This document shows, piece after piece, positions 55,127-64,000 of a DNA stretch of 64,000 nt. The translations under genes and the position numbers were made by a program. The stretch covers positions 72,687 to 136,686 of the forward strand of contig JBCBZT010000016.1 of the NCBI GenBank assembly GCA_039815185.1. The letters are read 5' to 3'. The DNA comes from Cyanobacteria bacterium P01_A01_bin.123 (GTDB lineage Bacteria; Cyanobacteriota; Cyanobacteriia; Phormidesmidales; Phormidesmidaceae). Each line of letters begins with the position of its first letter. Within the stretch, counting starts at the first letter, position 1. Under the pieces are notes generated by a model. The model saw nothing but the letters and a program-made list of their open reading frames with translations, ran no database searches and was not told the DNA's origin.

Positions 55127-56230
55127 ATGAAAATCTTTTTAGATCCCGATAAAACCCTGAGCTACAAGGCCTTGGTCCTGATTATGAGCCTAAGTGTTTT
55201 GGCTGGCCTGATGATCACCCCATTACACTTTTTCATTGACCCCAATCCAAGCCCGTTCTCCCTCCTAGTACCACCGATCATTACGACAATCTTCTTCGCA
55301 TTATTAATTCAATTACTCAGAAAGCCTGAGAGCGCTTTGCTCGTTTTTCAAATTGGGTTCCTGACGTTGTGGACAGCTAATCTTGTACCCGCCTGGTTTT
55401 TCCCCTTAGAAGCAGCTTATCGCCCCAATATCCAACTCATTGATACGCTACCGCCGATTGCATCCGTTCTCTTTGTCTTGACTTTTGGCATGGTGATTTT
55501 TGTGCATCCTGACAAAGTCGTCAAAGTTGCTTTTGCAGCCTGGATCTCGATCGCCTCGCCCAGCCTGCTCTATCTAATCACCCATCCAACAGAACTGGAA
55601 ACCTCCCGGGGACTTGATCTCTTCATCTCCCTTGGCCCAGCAATGACGGTTAACATGGCCATGATTTTTTTCTACAGTTGTCTGCAGCATAGACTCCAAG
55701 AGTTGAAGATTGAACGCTCTCAGTTCAAGAATCTCTCAGAGCGAGATCATTTAACTGGCATCTATAATCGAGCAGCAGGTGAGAAAATTCTTCAATCCCT
55801 TTTAATTTCACCCCAAAAGCAAGCAGGGCTGATTTTATTTGATATCGACTGCTTCAAAGCTATCAACGATACCTATGGTCATGCTGTTGGAGATCAGGTG
55901 CTGCAAGAACTGTCTCAGCGCTGCCTCTCCCGATTGCGCTCAGAGGATGTGCTAATCCGTTGGGGGGGGGAAGAGTTTTTGGTGATTGTCAATGGCGTTA
56001 GCGTTGATGAAGCCTATTTTGTGGCTGAGCAACTTAGAGGGATGATTGCTCAACATCCAATCGAAGCAGTCGGCACAGTAACCGCATCCTTCGGAACTAC
56101 TGGCTTGCGCCTGGGAGATAGCGTTGAGGGGATATTGCATCGAGCCGATACAGCCCTTTATGCCGCTAAACAGGCGGGACGGAACCGGGTTATTTTAGAT
56201 GGGACTTATTCCTTCAAAGCCAGTGCCTAG
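55127..56230 (+). CDS. Membrane-bound diguanylate cyclase
   Basis: N-terminal transmembrane segments, DIDCFKAINDTYGH, RWGGEEF, I-site RSED. Confidence 0.93.
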   Translation: MKIFLDPDKTLSYKALVLIMSLSVLAGLMITPLHFFIDPNPSPFSLLVPPIITTIFFALLIQLLRKPESALLVFQIGFLTLWTANLVPAWFFPLEAAYRPNIQLIDTLPPIASVLFVLTFGMVIFVHPDKVVKVAFAAWISIASPSLLYLITHPTELETSRGLDLFISLGPAMTVNMAMIFFYSCLQHRLQELKIERSQFKNLSERDHLTGIYNRAAGEKILQSLLISPQKQAGLILFDIDCFKAINDTYGHAVGDQVLQELSQRCLSRLRSEDVLIRWGGEEFLVIVNGVSVDEAYFVAEQLRGMIAQHPIEAVGTVTASFGTTGLRLGDSVEGILHRADTALYAAKQAGRNRVILDGTYSFKASA

Positions 56231-56256
56231 TGACGTCTATTTATTACCAACTAGCC

Positions 56257-56757
56257 ATGCAGGCAAATTATCGAGACTTCCTAATTCGCAGTTGGCACCC
56301 TAGCGATCGCGAATTGGCGGCCCGCGTCGTGGCTCAGGTACTGCAAGAATATGGCTTAGCATGGGAGCCGACTGGCAGCGATCGCGATGTGGTTGAAGTC
56401 GAAGCCTGCTACTGGGCAATTGGCGGCGAATTTTGGGTTATAGAAGAGACAGGCCAGCTGATCGGTACCGCAGGTTATCAACCCATTAAGCGCGGGAATA
56501 ACGCCGTAGAAATTCGCAAAATGTATTTAATGCCGTCAGCCCGAGGTCAGGGATTAGGTAAGTTTTTGTTGGGGAAATTAGAGGAGGCGATCGCCACCCG
56601 AGGCTATCAGCAAATTTGGATTGAAACCGCCAGTGTTTTGCAGCAGGCAGTGCAGCTTTATGAAACACAGGGCTACCAAAGTACCACTGGTGTTGAAACT
56701 ATTCGTTGCGATCGGGTTTATATAAAGATTCTGTCTAGTTCCCTAAGTTCGCTATAA
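56257..56757 (+). CDS. GNAT N-acetyltransferase
   Basis: EIRKMYL..ARGQGLG, AVQLYE. Confidence 0.9.
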   Translation: MQANYRDFLIRSWHPSDRELAARVVAQVLQEYGLAWEPTGSDRDVVEVEACYWAIGGEFWVIEETGQLIGTAGYQPIKRGNNAVEIRKMYLMPSARGQGLGKFLLGKLEEAIATRGYQQIWIETASVLQQAVQLYETQGYQSTTGVETIRCDRVYIKILSSSLSSL

Positions 56758-56786
56758 TCGCCTCATTGAGTCTGGCTAGTCCCGCT

Positions 56787-57347
56787 GTGATAGCAGTTTA
56801 TCCTGGCAGTTTTGATCCCATCACCCTGGGGCATCTGGATATCATCACACGGGGATGTCGATTGTTTGACCAAGTGATTGTGGTAGTTTCCCATAATCCT
56901 GGCAAGCAGCCCCTATTCCCGACTGAAAAACGGGTGGCACAGATTCGCCAAGCCGTTAGTCATATCCCCAATGTCGAAGTCGACAGTTTCAAAGGTTTAA
57001 CTGTTGACTATGCCAGATTGCAAAACGCTCAAGTTTTGCTGCGGGGACTAAGGGTGATGTCTGACTTTGAAAAAGAGCTGCAGATGGCCCACACAAACAA
57101 AACCTTGGCTGATGACCTTGAAACCGTCTTCCTGGCAACATCTACTGAATACGGGTTTCTTAGCAGCAGTCTCGTCAAAGAAATTGCTAAGTTCGACGCT
57201 TCGATAGACCACCTTGTCCCTCAGCATGTCGCACTCGATATCCGCCAATGTTACGCCAAGACACTCCTAACCTCGGCCCCGAGCGAAACGGTTCCGTCAC
57301 CCCCATCGACGCAGCCACAGCCCCCATTGCCCGAGAAGACACCGTAG
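56787..57347 (+). CDS. coaD: Phosphopantetheine adenylyltransferase
   Basis: [26 protein letters not shown]. Confidence 0.97.
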   Translation: MIAVYPGSFDPITLGHLDIITRGCRLFDQVIVVVSHNPGKQPLFPTEKRVAQIRQAVSHIPNVEVDSFKGLTVDYARLQNAQVLLRGLRVMSDFEKELQMAHTNKTLADDLETVFLATSTEYGFLSSSLVKEIAKFDASIDHLVPQHVALDIRQCYAKTLLTSAPSETVPSPPSTQPQPPLPEKTP

Positions 57348-57982
57348 ACTTGCAGCGAGAGCTCAACAAGATTGAGGAACTCGTTTTAGATAGTCCCCGG
57401 ATCCCGATGAGTCGGCGTACATTGGTAGACGAAGAGCGTTTGCTTGATCAGCTCGACTTAGTGCGCCTGAATCTACCCGGGGCTATTCGAGAGTCTATTC
57501 GTATCGTTCAGCAGCGAGATGACCTGTTGCTCCAGGCTGAACAAATCGCTGAAGAAATCATTACGGCTGCTGAGCAAGAAGCCGCCCAAATGCTGAATGA
57601 ACTTGGCATTGTGCAGCGGGCAGAACAAGAGGCCCAGCAAATTCGCCAACAGGTGCGTCAAGAATGCGAACAGCTTCAAGCTCAAGCCCTAGGTGACATT
57701 GATCAGCTGCAGCGGCAAGCCCAAACAGACTGGGATGCAGCGCGACAACAAGCGATCGCCGAGTGCAACCAAATCCGGCAAGGCGCCGATGACTATTCTG
57801 ATGACGTGCTCCAGCAACTAGAGCGCCAGTTTAGCGATATGCTGCGGGTGATTCGCAACGGTCGCCAACAGCTCAATCCATCGACTTCTGCCCCTGAGCC
57901 TACCCCCCGTCCACCCCGTAGTCGAGACGGGGCACCTCCATCGACACCTCCCTCAACTCGCCTAGAGCGACCTCGACGATAG
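57248..57982 (+). CDS. cdv3: DivIVA-like coiled-coil cell division protein (Cdv3/YlmH-region type)
   Basis: [15 protein letters not shown], long coiled coil, [14 protein letters not shown]. Position downstream of coaD. Confidence 0.75.
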   Translation: MLRQDTPNLGPERNGSVTPIDAATAPIAREDTVDLQRELNKIEELVLDSPRIPMSRRTLVDEERLLDQLDLVRLNLPGAIRESIRIVQQRDDLLLQAEQIAEEIITAAEQEAAQMLNELGIVQRAEQEAQQIRQQVRQECEQLQAQALGDIDQLQRQAQTDWDAARQQAIAECNQIRQGADDYSDDVLQQLERQFSDMLRVIRNGRQQLNPSTSAPEPTPRPPRSRDGAPPSTPPSTRLERPRR

Positions 57983-57984
57983 CG

Positions 57985-58611
57985 ATGATTGGCTATCTCA
58001 AAGGAATTCTGGCTGATATTCAAAAGCAAAGCGGTCACCGGGTGTTGTTGACCCTAGACGTCAACCAAGTCGGCTACGATCTTCAAGTTAATGCCCGGCT
58101 TTTGTCTGACCTGCCATCCCTAGGGGAACCGGTGCAGATCTACACCCATTTGCAAACCCGCGAAGATCAAATGGTGCTGTTTGGCTTTGGCTCACGGGCG
58201 GCACGAGATTTGTTTCGGCAGTTGGTCAGCGTCAGTGGCATTGGCCCCCAGATGGCCATGGCCTTGCTCGATACGCTAGGTCTACAAGATTTGATCCAGG
58301 CCGTCGTTTCAGGCAATACCCGGGCCCTCTCTCGCACCCCCGGTGTAGGCGCCAAGACCGCAGAGCGCATCGTCTTGGAACTCAAAACCAAATTGGCAGA
58401 GTGGCGACAGCAAACCGGGCTGGTCACAGCACCCACAGGCGGCCCAGCCACAAATGTCCAAGAAGATGTAGAAATAACGCTATTGGCCTTGGGCTATACC
58501 AGCGGTGAAATTATGCAAGCACTCCAGGCCGTGGGCCGTGCCACCACTTTGAGTAAAACGACAGACACTGAGGAGTGGATCCGAGAAGCGATCGCATGGT
58601 TGAGCCGTTAA
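57985..58611 (+). CDS. ruvA: Holliday junction branch migration protein RuvA
   Basis: MIGYLKG, VSGIGP, PGVGAKTAERIVLELK, LLALGY. Confidence 0.97.
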   Translation: MIGYLKGILADIQKQSGHRVLLTLDVNQVGYDLQVNARLLSDLPSLGEPVQIYTHLQTREDQMVLFGFGSRAARDLFRQLVSVSGIGPQMAMALLDTLGLQDLIQAVVSGNTRALSRTPGVGAKTAERIVLELKTKLAEWRQQTGLVTAPTGGPATNVQEDVEITLLALGYTSGEIMQALQAVGRATTLSKTTDTEEWIREAIAWLSR

Positions 58612-58761
58612 AAGAGATGGAGGTATAGGGAGATGGCGCGATAAGCGGATGAGGTATGAGGAGATGAAACATGAGTTAATTGGCATGGTATGACCAAAAC
58701 TGATGTGATAACATAGTGGACTGTTATTTAGACGCACGTATACCCATTATTCGTAGGCTTT

Positions 58762-59031
58762 ATGGCTCTGCTACAAGTACGGAAACAAGAACTCATCTCT
58801 GACTATCAGGTACACGAGACAGACACTGGCTCTGCCGATGTACAAGTGGCTATGCTCACTGAGCGGATTAATAAGCTGAGCGACCACTTGAAGCGCAATA
58901 AAAAAGACCATGCGTCGCGTCGGGGACTATTGCAGATGATCGGTCGCCGCAAGCGTCTGCTGTCCTACATTTACAAGCAAGATTCAGAGCGTTACAAGGC
59001 ACTCATTAGTCGCTTAGGCATTCGTGGTTAA
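58762..59031 (+). CDS. rpsO: 30S ribosomal protein S15
   Basis: DTGSADVQVA, DHASRRGL. Confidence 0.98.
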   Translation: MALLQVRKQELISDYQVHETDTGSADVQVAMLTERINKLSDHLKRNKKDHASRRGLLQMIGRRKRLLSYIYKQDSERYKALISRLGIRG

Positions 59032-59033
59032 TC

Positions 59034-59591
59034 ATGGCGTCAGAAGACTCCAAACGCGATCGCTTGCCGTTTGAACCCAGCAGTAATCGCAAGAAGTCAG
59101 AGAAGCAATCCGGCCCGGTTCAGTCTTCAGATCAAGCCTCTAAGACAGCCACAAGCGCTAGTAGTGGTCAGCAGGGGACTGGAAAATGGACTAAACCCTC
59201 TAAGTCACCTGCGAAGGCAGAAAAGCGGGCTGTTCAAGGTCGTGCGTCCCGAGAAGATACCAGTATTCCTGAGGTCGTCAATCGACGAATGCTAAAGCGC
59301 ATTGCTTTTTTCTCTGGGATGCCGACGATACTGGGTGTGTTTATCTTCTTTGCAAGCTATGTCTTGTTGACCCAAGGGGTTTTGGAATTTCCTAAAGTTG
59401 TGGTGCTAATGTCAACATTGCTTTGCTTTGGCCTAGGTGTTGTTGGTTTGAGCTATGGGGCACTGTCTGCATCTTGGGATGAAGAGATCTCAGGTAGTAC
59501 ATTAGGCTGGTCGGAATTTCGCCTCAACTTTGGCCGTATGACGTCAGCTTGGCGTTCAGCCCGAGAGTCCTCATCAAAGTCTGATAACTAA
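59034..59591 (+). CDS. PAM68 (DUF3464) PSII assembly factor
   Basis: IPEVVNRRM, two transmembrane segments, GLSYGALSASWD. Downstream of rpsO. Confidence 0.9.
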   Translation: MASEDSKRDRLPFEPSSNRKKSEKQSGPVQSSDQASKTATSASSGQQGTGKWTKPSKSPAKAEKRAVQGRASREDTSIPEVVNRRMLKRIAFFSGMPTILGVFIFFASYVLLTQGVLEFPKVVVLMSTLLCFGLGVVGLSYGALSASWDEEISGSTLGWSEFRLNFGRMTSAWRSARESSSKSDN

Positions 59592-59656
59592 TTGAGCCGC
59601 GATGGCCCTCCAGATAGATCTGGTTTTTGACCTTGTCTTGCCGCGTTGCCATCGTT

Positions 59657-59690
59657 TTAAGTAAGACTTCATCTTAAGTAAGACGTCATC
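59657..59690 (+). repeat. 17-bp tandem direct repeat
   Basis: TTAAGTAAGACTTCATC followed by TTAAGTAAGACGTCATC (1 mismatch). Confidence 0.75.
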
Positions 59691-59806
59691 GGCTTTCAGG
59701 GCATCAATGGCAGACGGGTAAACCTTATCAGTGTTGATTGCCCTGGGTTCGATTGTGTGAGATGCGTTGAGTACTTTACGGAAGAAGGGTTTAAAGGATA
59801 CCCAAG

Positions 59807-60469
59807 ATGTCTACTCAAACCCTGGGACTTGCTAGTCAACTTTATGATTACGTGCTGTCAGTTTCTGTGCGGGAATCTGAGTTGCTGAGACAATTGCGCC
59901 AAGAAACGGCCCAGCATCCCATGGGGCAGATGCAAATTGCCCCAGAACAAGGGCAGTTTATGGCCTTGTTGATTCAGTTAATTGGGGCCAAAAAGACCTT
60001 GGAGATTGGCGTATTTACAGGCTACAGCACCCTCGTTGTAGCTTTGGCCCTGCCCCCTGATGGTCACATAGTGGCTTGCGATGTGAGCGAAGACTATACG
60101 ACAATTGCTCGTCGATATTGGGCGGCGGCTGGGATAGCCGACAAGATTGACTTGCGCATTGCTCCAGCCGTGGAGACCCTCGACCAGCTGATTGCAGATG
60201 GCAAGTCGAGCACTTTTGATTTTGCTTTCATTGATGCTGACAAAAGCAGCTACAGCGCTTACTACGAAAAAGCATTGACCCTAACTCGTCCCGGTGGGTT
60301 AATTGCCATTGACAATGTACTGTGGTCAGGGAGAGTTGCAGATCCTAGCGTGACCGACAACCGCACTCAGGCCATTCGCGCATTAAATCAAAAGCTGTAT
60401 CAGGATTCGCGCATTAGCCTCAGCTTGGTTCCCATCGCCGATGGTTTGACCTTGGCAATCAAGCGGTGA
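59807..60469 (+). CDS. SAM-dependent O-methyltransferase (caffeoyl-CoA OMT family)
   Basis: LEIGVFTGYS, FIDADK, DNVLWSG. Confidence 0.93.
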   Translation: MSTQTLGLASQLYDYVLSVSVRESELLRQLRQETAQHPMGQMQIAPEQGQFMALLIQLIGAKKTLEIGVFTGYSTLVVALALPPDGHIVACDVSEDYTTIARRYWAAAGIADKIDLRIAPAVETLDQLIADGKSSTFDFAFIDADKSSYSAYYEKALTLTRPGGLIAIDNVLWSGRVADPSVTDNRTQAIRALNQKLYQDSRISLSLVPIADGLTLAIKR

Positions 60470-60474
60470 TCTGC

Positions 60475-61986
60475 TCAACGCAATGAGCAAAACTTACGCA
60501 CCCGGTCAAACTCAGGATCTTGCCAAGAAAAGGCAAAATGGCTGACAGAGCGCAGTTGAGGGGCAGTTTGCTGGAGAGCACGCATTTGAGCCTCTAAGGA
60601 AGGGCGGTCATCGTAAGATTGACCCCAAGATCCTGCTAACACAGGTTTAACAAATCTTTCAGCACCAGGGCCAGCCTGGGATAAGACATCACGCACTTCG
60701 CTGGTAATACAACCTGTGTTGCCACAGGTTGCATAGGCCATGGGATGCCATTCCATCCAGGTCGGGAAGCGGTTCCAGTGCTGCAGACGGGAATCGTAGC
60801 CGCGTCCACCGACCGGACGGTTACCCCCAGGGAAAAAGACTGCCCCAGTCGGGATGCCTTGCCGTTGCACAGGCTCTGAAACCTGTACCAAGAAATCAAT
60901 TACACCTTGTACGGCATGGGCAACGCTCAACCGCCATAATTCTTCTTGCAAAATAGATCGACGGGCTGACGGTGACGCTGTGTCACTGACCGATTGAGGG
61001 ACTCGACTTTGCCATAGGGGTTCAGCTTCATTCGGAAACCGATCCTCAACTGCCGTAATATCAGACTCAGTGAGATAGCCCTGACGCAAATAACGGCGAA
61101 TCAACTCTAGTCCTTGATTGTTTAAAGCACGGCGGAATAAAGCTTGCTGCGCCGCATTGCCATAAATCCACAGGTCATCGACACTATCAACCACTGACCC
61201 CGTCCCCATCCCCCTGGGATAACGAATGTAGTCAAACAACATGCCATCGGGGCGGCGTTGGGCAACGGCTTGCAACATGGTTTGAAAATCTTGCTGAGCC
61301 AGCGTGCTGTACGGATCTACGAAAATTTCTTCTGGATTACCCGTAGCTCCCCGAGTGGCATAGCTGAAAGCATCTTCGCCGGTGCCATTGCGGGCAATCA
61401 CTTGTTGTCGATCAGCCCGTTGGGCGTAGGAATAACCAAAGTTAAGGGTGAACATCCAGGCAGAGACTTTCAGCCCCCGCTTCCGGCCCTCAGCGATCGC
61501 TTCTGCGAGCAAATCCCGGTTTTCATACCCCTGAGTTTGCACCAAAGAGGGCCAAACCGTTGGGTTGTTAGCAGCAGGCAACATCACATTGCCGCCGTAG
61601 AAAACCTCAACGTAGACCTGGTTATAGCCGTAATTGACGATGCGATCCATGACTGCATCCAGCACCCCAGGTTGCAAATCACAGGGATAAAGCCGAATCC
61701 ATGTCGCTTGTTGTTGGGGCCAATTGCGATCGCGACAGTTTTGTAGCTGATCTGCATGTTGGCGAATCAGCTGTTCATAATCTTGACGTGCCCGGTCGTC
61801 CCCCTGAATCGTGGCCTCACGCAAGGCTTCTTTGCGGCTGACATCGGCTTGAGACAGTTGGCAATAGGGATTGAGCTCCGCCTGCACTGGCATAGCTGCC
61901 TGGAAGCCATGGAAGAGCGCGCCCAGCATTCCTAAGCAAACCAGCCTTACCCAAAACCACGATGAAATTGATCGGCGAAAGCCCAT
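60475..61986 (-). CDS. Secreted glycoside hydrolase-like (GHL10/DUF187-type) protein
   Basis: Signal peptide, YNQVYVEVF, FVDPY, FDYIRYP. Confidence 0.75.
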   Translation of the reverse strand: MGFRRSISSWFWVRLVCLGMLGALFHGFQAAMPVQAELNPYCQLSQADVSRKEALREATIQGDDRARQDYEQLIRQHADQLQNCRDRNWPQQQATWIRLYPCDLQPGVLDAVMDRIVNYGYNQVYVEVFYGGNVMLPAANNPTVWPSLVQTQGYENRDLLAEAIAEGRKRGLKVSAWMFTLNFGYSYAQRADRQQVIARNGTGEDAFSYATRGATGNPEEIFVDPYSTLAQQDFQTMLQAVAQRRPDGMLFDYIRYPRGMGTGSVVDSVDDLWIYGNAAQQALFRRALNNQGLELIRRYLRQGYLTESDITAVEDRFPNEAEPLWQSRVPQSVSDTASPSARRSILQEELWRLSVAHAVQGVIDFLVQVSEPVQRQGIPTGAVFFPGGNRPVGGRGYDSRLQHWNRFPTWMEWHPMAYATCGNTGCITSEVRDVLSQAGPGAERFVKPVLAGSWGQSYDDRPSLEAQMRALQQTAPQLRSVSHFAFSWQDPEFDRVRKFCSLR

Positions 61987-62176
61987 TGCAATCGAAACTC
62001 AGCAAATTGAACACACGTATGCTGCAACATCATAATCGACAGATCAGCAATCTTGCCGATAGATTCTGTGGCTTTTCTGCCATTGCCATGAGTCCAGCCC
62101 AGACTTTAGAGCTGAAAACAACACCCTGTGCTAAACCATCAGGCATTAAATCTAGTCCACCCTTGGAGGTTGAAGG

Positions 62177-62497
62177 TTACGGTATCTGACCATCTTCAGC
62201 CTCCTGTGATTCTAGGGCTTGCAATAGCGATCGCAGCTTCATGCGTTGAATATAGGGCCAGCCACCATTGACCTCAATGTCTTTGAGCAACATATAGAGT
62301 TTTTGCCGGTTTTCTGGCAATGCATCCCGAAACAGCGTTTCGCGAATCTCCCGATGCAGCCCTTCCAACATCCTGAGTAATGCCAACAAGTCCAGCACAT
62401 CTTCCTGGCGACGATCGGCAGCTTGATGCACCGATGCTGCGATCACCTGTAAATCTTTATGCACTTTCCAAGGGCTCAGCCCATCGCCAAAATTCAT
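62177..62497 (-). CDS. Conserved cyanobacterial hypothetical protein
   Basis: LLRMLEGLHREIR, LPENRQKLY, GGWPYIQRMKL. Confidence 0.75.
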   Translation of the reverse strand: MNFGDGLSPWKVHKDLQVIAASVHQAADRRQEDVLDLLALLRMLEGLHREIRETLFRDALPENRQKLYMLLKDIEVNGGWPYIQRMKLRSLLQALESQEAEDGQIP

Positions 62498-62996
62498 AGA
62501 CGCCAGCTCTCTTAACTTTAATTCATCCTAATAGCGGGAGGCAGAGGCGGGGAGAATTGCTTAGGCCAGATCCCAGCCTAAACATGGGCTTGTATTTGGG
62601 CCCAAAATACAATTGAACCGCAGCAAGGGTGAAAGAAATCATCAAATTCAGTATTCAGTTAGCCTTCTGTCACGTCAGCAATCTCAACTGCGATCGCCCC
62701 TGATGAGCTGTTCCAAGTCTTTCCGAGTAGGAGGGACTTGCTTAGAAAGTCAAGATAAACGCAACACAGCCATGTAAAATGCATTATTGAGGTTTGGTTT
62801 GATTTCGTTAACTTGACTCCAAAAGGTTGATCAAATCTATATGGGCCACATCCGATGCAAAACTTTAAGCAACTAGCTTAAGGGAAAGCTCCTGGACTTT
62901 AGCTCACAGGAGTTATCGATCTGGATGGAGACGAGATTTATTATTACAAACCCTGCTAGTGACATAGACACAGATTTTTCATCATCGAGGTTAACC

Positions 62997-63830
62997 ATGA
63001 GGTATCGCGCCCTACTAACTGCATTTTTGGCGTTATGCATAGGCGTCTTGACTGCTTGTAGCGAAGCTCCTGTTGCCACAAGTGACGTTCCTTTGACCTA
63101 TGACCAAATCCGCAACACGGGTTTGGCCAACAGTTGCCCCCAACTGTCTGAAACTAGCCGGGGCGCGATCGACATCGACGCGGGGCAAACCTACAAAATT
63201 GCTGGCTTGTGCTTAGAGCCGACTACTTTCTTCGTCAGAGAGGAGCCTGTCAACAAGCGCCAAACAGCAGATTTTGTGCCGGGTAAATCCTTAACGCGCT
63301 ACACCTCATCCCTCGACCAAGTGAGTGGAAATTTGGCGGTTGGTTCCGATGGCGTCCTGACTTTTTACGAAAAGGACGGCATGGATTTCCAAGCAATCAC
63401 GGTTCTCCTGCCGGGGGGCGAGCAGATCCCTTTCTTGTTCACGATTAAAGGATTAGTTGCTCAATCCCAAACGGGTGCAAAAGGCATCACCACTTCCACT
63501 GACTTGAAAGGCGAATATCGTGTGCCTTCTTACCGAACGTCAAACTTCTTAGATCCTAAAGGTCGTGGCTTGGCAACAGGATATGACAACGCCGTTGCCC
63601 TACCCGCCCGAGCCGATAGTGAAGAACTCCGTCGGGAAAACGTCAAAGGATTTGATGTGGGCCAAGGCGAAATCTCCCTCCAGATTTCCAAAGTAGATAG
63701 TTACACAGGTGAAATTGCTGGCACCTTCATTGCCGACCAACCCTCTGACACTGACATGGGTACCGCAGCACCCGTAGATGTCAGGGTCCAAGGTATATTC
63801 TACGGTCGGGTTGAGCCTGCCGAAGTCTAA
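62997..63830 (+). CDS. psbO: Photosystem II manganese-stabilizing protein
   Basis: MRYRALL, TGLANSCP, DGMDFQ, FLDPKGRG, QPSDTDMG. Confidence 0.98.
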   Translation: MRYRALLTAFLALCIGVLTACSEAPVATSDVPLTYDQIRNTGLANSCPQLSETSRGAIDIDAGQTYKIAGLCLEPTTFFVREEPVNKRQTADFVPGKSLTRYTSSLDQVSGNLAVGSDGVLTFYEKDGMDFQAITVLLPGGEQIPFLFTIKGLVAQSQTGAKGITTSTDLKGEYRVPSYRTSNFLDPKGRGLATGYDNAVALPARADSEELRRENVKGFDVGQGEISLQISKVDSYTGEIAGTFIADQPSDTDMGTAAPVDVRVQGIFYGRVEPAEV

Positions 63831-63900
63831 AGGTTTAGACCGAGTCAACCTGCTTCAATCACTTTTGTGCACAGCGAGCTATCCCGGCATCAAGGGGTAA

Positions 63901-63935
63901 ATGGGGAGAGTACAGCACTCTCCCCATTATTGTTT
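63901..63935 (+). terminator. Intrinsic terminator downstream of psbO
   Basis: ATGGGGAGAGT-ACAGC-ACTCTCCCCAT hairpin followed by a T-rich tract. Confidence 0.7.
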
Positions 63936-64000
63936 GTATTGAACTGATATAGAACCAGATGGCAAAGCTACAATTTCCTCAAAGTGAGCCCCACCTTTCG

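Noticed and set aside
58612..58680. Purine-rich GAGATG/GAGGTAT repeats after ruvA
   Set aside because: Too degenerate; a low-complexity intergenic tract, not an array.
1..64000. Frequent GCGATCGC octamers
   Set aside because: This is the well-known cyanobacterial HIP1 repeat. It is useful for taxonomy but not novel.

Overview
Core-genome segment of a cyanobacterium, probably filamentous and Leptolyngbya-like (inferred from frequent HIP1 GCGATCGC octamers and psbO, psb27, ndhN, ldpA, PAM68). It holds NADH-type glutamate synthase gltB (5'-truncated) and gltD, followed by a small accessory patch: an MNT antitoxin with a truncated partner, a nitrilase-family gene, DUF4058 and a small SH3 protein. 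The rest is moeB/JAB, pgk, cysK, sbcD, the large ribosomal-protein cluster, a DUF1611/epimerase pair, ndk, signalling genes, coaD-cdv3-ruvA-rpsO-PAM68 and psbO. The most notable structural feature is that the normally contiguous rplC...infA-rpmJ...prfA supercluster is broken between infA and rpmJ. The two halves point away from each other, and one ~16.5 kb inversion would restore the usual order. Also seen: a 126-bp MITE, two copies of a GC-rich palindromic repeat, a structured intergenic region upstream of the JAB gene and a long structured rplC leader. No rRNA, tRNA, CRISPR array or intact transposase was recognised, and I cannot support a wholly new multi-gene system here. All gene calls are from motif recognition by eye, not database searches. 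Several start codons were moved from the ORF track to the likely true start.
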